Shown piece by piece: positions 62,681 through 64,000 of a DNA stretch of 64,000 nucleotides. Each line of letters opens with the position of its first letter. Position 1 is the first letter of the stretch. This stretch comes from Gammaproteobacteria bacterium (GTDB lineage Bacteria; Pseudomonadota; Gammaproteobacteria; GCA-001735895). The translations under genes and the position numbers were made by a program. The stretch lies in the NCBI GenBank assembly GCA_018669845.1, contig JABHSO010000199.1:4945-68944 (forward strand), read 5' to 3'. The notes under the pieces are model-generated. The model made no database searches, was not told where the DNA came from, and saw only the letters and a list, made by a program, of their open reading frames with translations.

Positions 62681-64000
62681 ATGCGTATCCCTGCGTTATT
62701 ACAGGCCGTTCTGGTTATCGTCATTGCCTATCTGATTTTAGATAATGCATTTCCACCTGTTTTACCTTTAACACTATTGATTCAATATATGCTGATCACT
62801 GTGGTCGGTGTGTTGTTGTACTTTTCTTTTGATGATGATCGTTGGGCTGAGTTTTTATCACCGATTCAAGCTGTTTTACGTAATGATAATCAATGGCTCT
62901 TACGTGGATTTTTCCTGGTAGCTATTCCAGTTCTTGTCGGCTGGGTTACTTTTCAGATGGTCAAACCATCACTCGATTCGCCTATCGAACTGCGTCAGGT
63001 ACATCCGGCACCACCCTCCAGTCTGAACGTTTTTAATAAAAAATATGATTTAACTAAACTGGAAAACCCTATTCGTGCTGAAGTTATAGAAAAATACCCA
63101 ACCGATAAAGATGGCGCCATGCAGGTTTATAATGACGGCGTGTTAGCGGGCAGGGATGTTTATTATCAGAACTGTTTTTATTGTCATGGTGATTTACTCG
63201 ATGGCACAGGACATTTTGCCGATGGTTTTACCAATCCTTTGCCGATCAATTTTCAGGATGTTGGAACGATAGCGCAGTTACAGGAAGCCTTTTTATTCTG
63301 GCGTATCTCTACCGGTGGACCTGGATTGCCAAAAGAAGGAACACCATGGAATTCAGCTATGCCAGTCTGGCATGAATACCTGAATGAAGATGATATATGG
63401 AATGTAATTACTTTCCTGTATGACTATGTTGGGCAGGTACCCAGAATCTGGGATCAGAAACAGTCAAAAATTGCTTCTGCCATTAAAGATGATCTGGTTT
63501 CTAAACGTGCCACTATGATGGGTAAGGAATTGTATGATTTACGTTGTACTGTTTGTCATGGCGATCAGGGCATGGCCGATGGTGTTGCAGCAGAGCGTAT
63601 GTATCCAAAACCACGTGATTTTACGTTGGGATTATTTAAGTACAAAACCACACCGGGCTCGCTGCCAGCGAGTGACGATGACCTGTTCAATACCATTAAA
63701 CATGGATTGATGGCGACAGGCATGCCAGGCTGGAGCAGTTTATTGTCAGATGAACAGATAAAAAGTCTGATACCCGTACTCAAAGGTTTTGATATTGCAT
63801 CGACCTGGCCCCCTGAAGATGCTGATGATGATGCTTTCGATGACGATGGACGATATACCAAAGATGATTTTATTTCGATTACCGAACGTGAACCATTTGA
63901 AGGTGCCGTCGATTACACTCCTGAGTCATTAACTCGAGGCAAAGAAGTTTTTGATAAAGCCTGTAAAGAATGTCACGGAGCTACAGGGCGAGGCAATATT
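62681..64000 (+). CDS. membrane-anchored multihaem cytochrome c (at least three haems; 3' end beyond the window)
   Basis: GGGAGGG Shine-Dalgarno before the ATG at 62681. Open frame to the window edge (not in the ORF track because there is no stop). About three N-terminal TM helices, then CFYCH, CTVCH and CKECH. Confidence 0.8.
   Translation, partial: MRIPALLQAVLVIVIAYLILDNAFPPVLPLTLLIQYMLITVVGVLLYFSFDDDRWAEFLSPIQAVLRNDNQWLLRGFFLVAIPVLVGWVTFQMVKPSLDSPIELRQVHPAPPSSLNVFNKKYDLTKLENPIRAEVIEKYPTDKDGAMQVYNDGVLAGRDVYYQNCFYCHGDLLDGTGHFADGFTNPLPINFQDVGTIAQLQEAFLFWRISTGGPGLPKEGTPWNSAMPVWHEYLNEDDIWNVITFLYDYVGQVPRIWDQKQSKIASAIKDDLVSKRATMMGKELYDLRCTVCHGDQGMADGVAAERMYPKPRDFTLGLFKYKTTPGSLPASDDDLFNTIKHGLMATGMPGWSSLLSDEQIKSLIPVLKGFDIASTWPPEDADDDAFDDDGRYTKDDFISITEREPFEGAVDYTPESLTRGKEVFDKACKECHGATGRGNI

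Noticed and set aside
1-64000. Checked for CRISPR arrays, tRNA/rRNA genes, IS elements, integrases and phage or defence gene sets
   Set aside because: None was recognised. The only regularly spaced repeat is the in-gene 18-bp array. The REP-like elements have no spacers or cas genes. sbcCD looks like the ordinary housekeeping pair with no associated defence genes.

Overview
AT-rich bacterial chromosomal window, proteobacterial in gene content (paa genes, TRAP transporter, sigma-54 NtrC-type regulators, PEP-CTERM signal, REP-like hairpins). All calls come from reading the ORF translations and the DNA by eye; no searches were run. No rRNA, tRNA, CRISPR array, transposase or integrase was recognised.

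Layout, left to right:
(1) 1-7.8 kb: partial phenylacetate beta-oxidation cluster (paaI' H G F, divergent paaY paaX) next to a TRAP transporter.
(2) 8-18 kb: redox/O2-sensing c-di-GMP island. It holds a hemerythrin, a haem-c sensor-GGDEF-EAL protein, a periplasmic binding protein plus hybrid kinase with a C-terminal hemerythrin, a REC-EAL protein and a TPR-GGDEF protein.
(3) 18-21 kb: secreted S8 protease whose C-terminus is encoded by nine 18-bp tandem repeats, plus a truncated PEP-CTERM gene.
(4) 21.6-33.3 kb: 13-gene Mrp+NuoBCDHI membrane complex collinear with archaeal Mbx/Mbs operons. Its NuoI-like subunit is fused to a GltD/SudA-like NAD(P)H flavoprotein, and a rubrerythrin-like gene follows.
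(5) 33.5-40 kb: sbcDC, an M3 peptidase lipoprotein and a BFD-like protein.
(6) 40.3-45.6 kb: 2-oxoacid:ferredoxin oxidoreductase operon whose delta (ferredoxin) subunit is interrupted by a second GltD-like module, plus an orphan napF-like gene.
(7) 45.8-59 kb: one long minus-strand gene string behind a sigma-54 promoter. It reads HEAT-repeat protein, amicyanin-like cupredoxin, 2xUsp + 5xPCP_red protein, NirJ/Ahb-type radical SAM with a sixth PCP_red module, HemY-like oxidase, small membrane protein, Cache-PAS histidine kinase and NtrC-type regulator.
(8) 59.4-64 kb: divergent sigma-54-driven operon for a CydB-less cytochrome bd-like protein with two small membrane peptides and two membrane-anchored multihaem c cytochromes.

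The best candidates for something undescribed are the NAD(P)H-module-fused Mbx/Mbs-like complex and the tetrapyrrole-themed sigma-54 regulon paired with the bd-like/cytochrome c operon.
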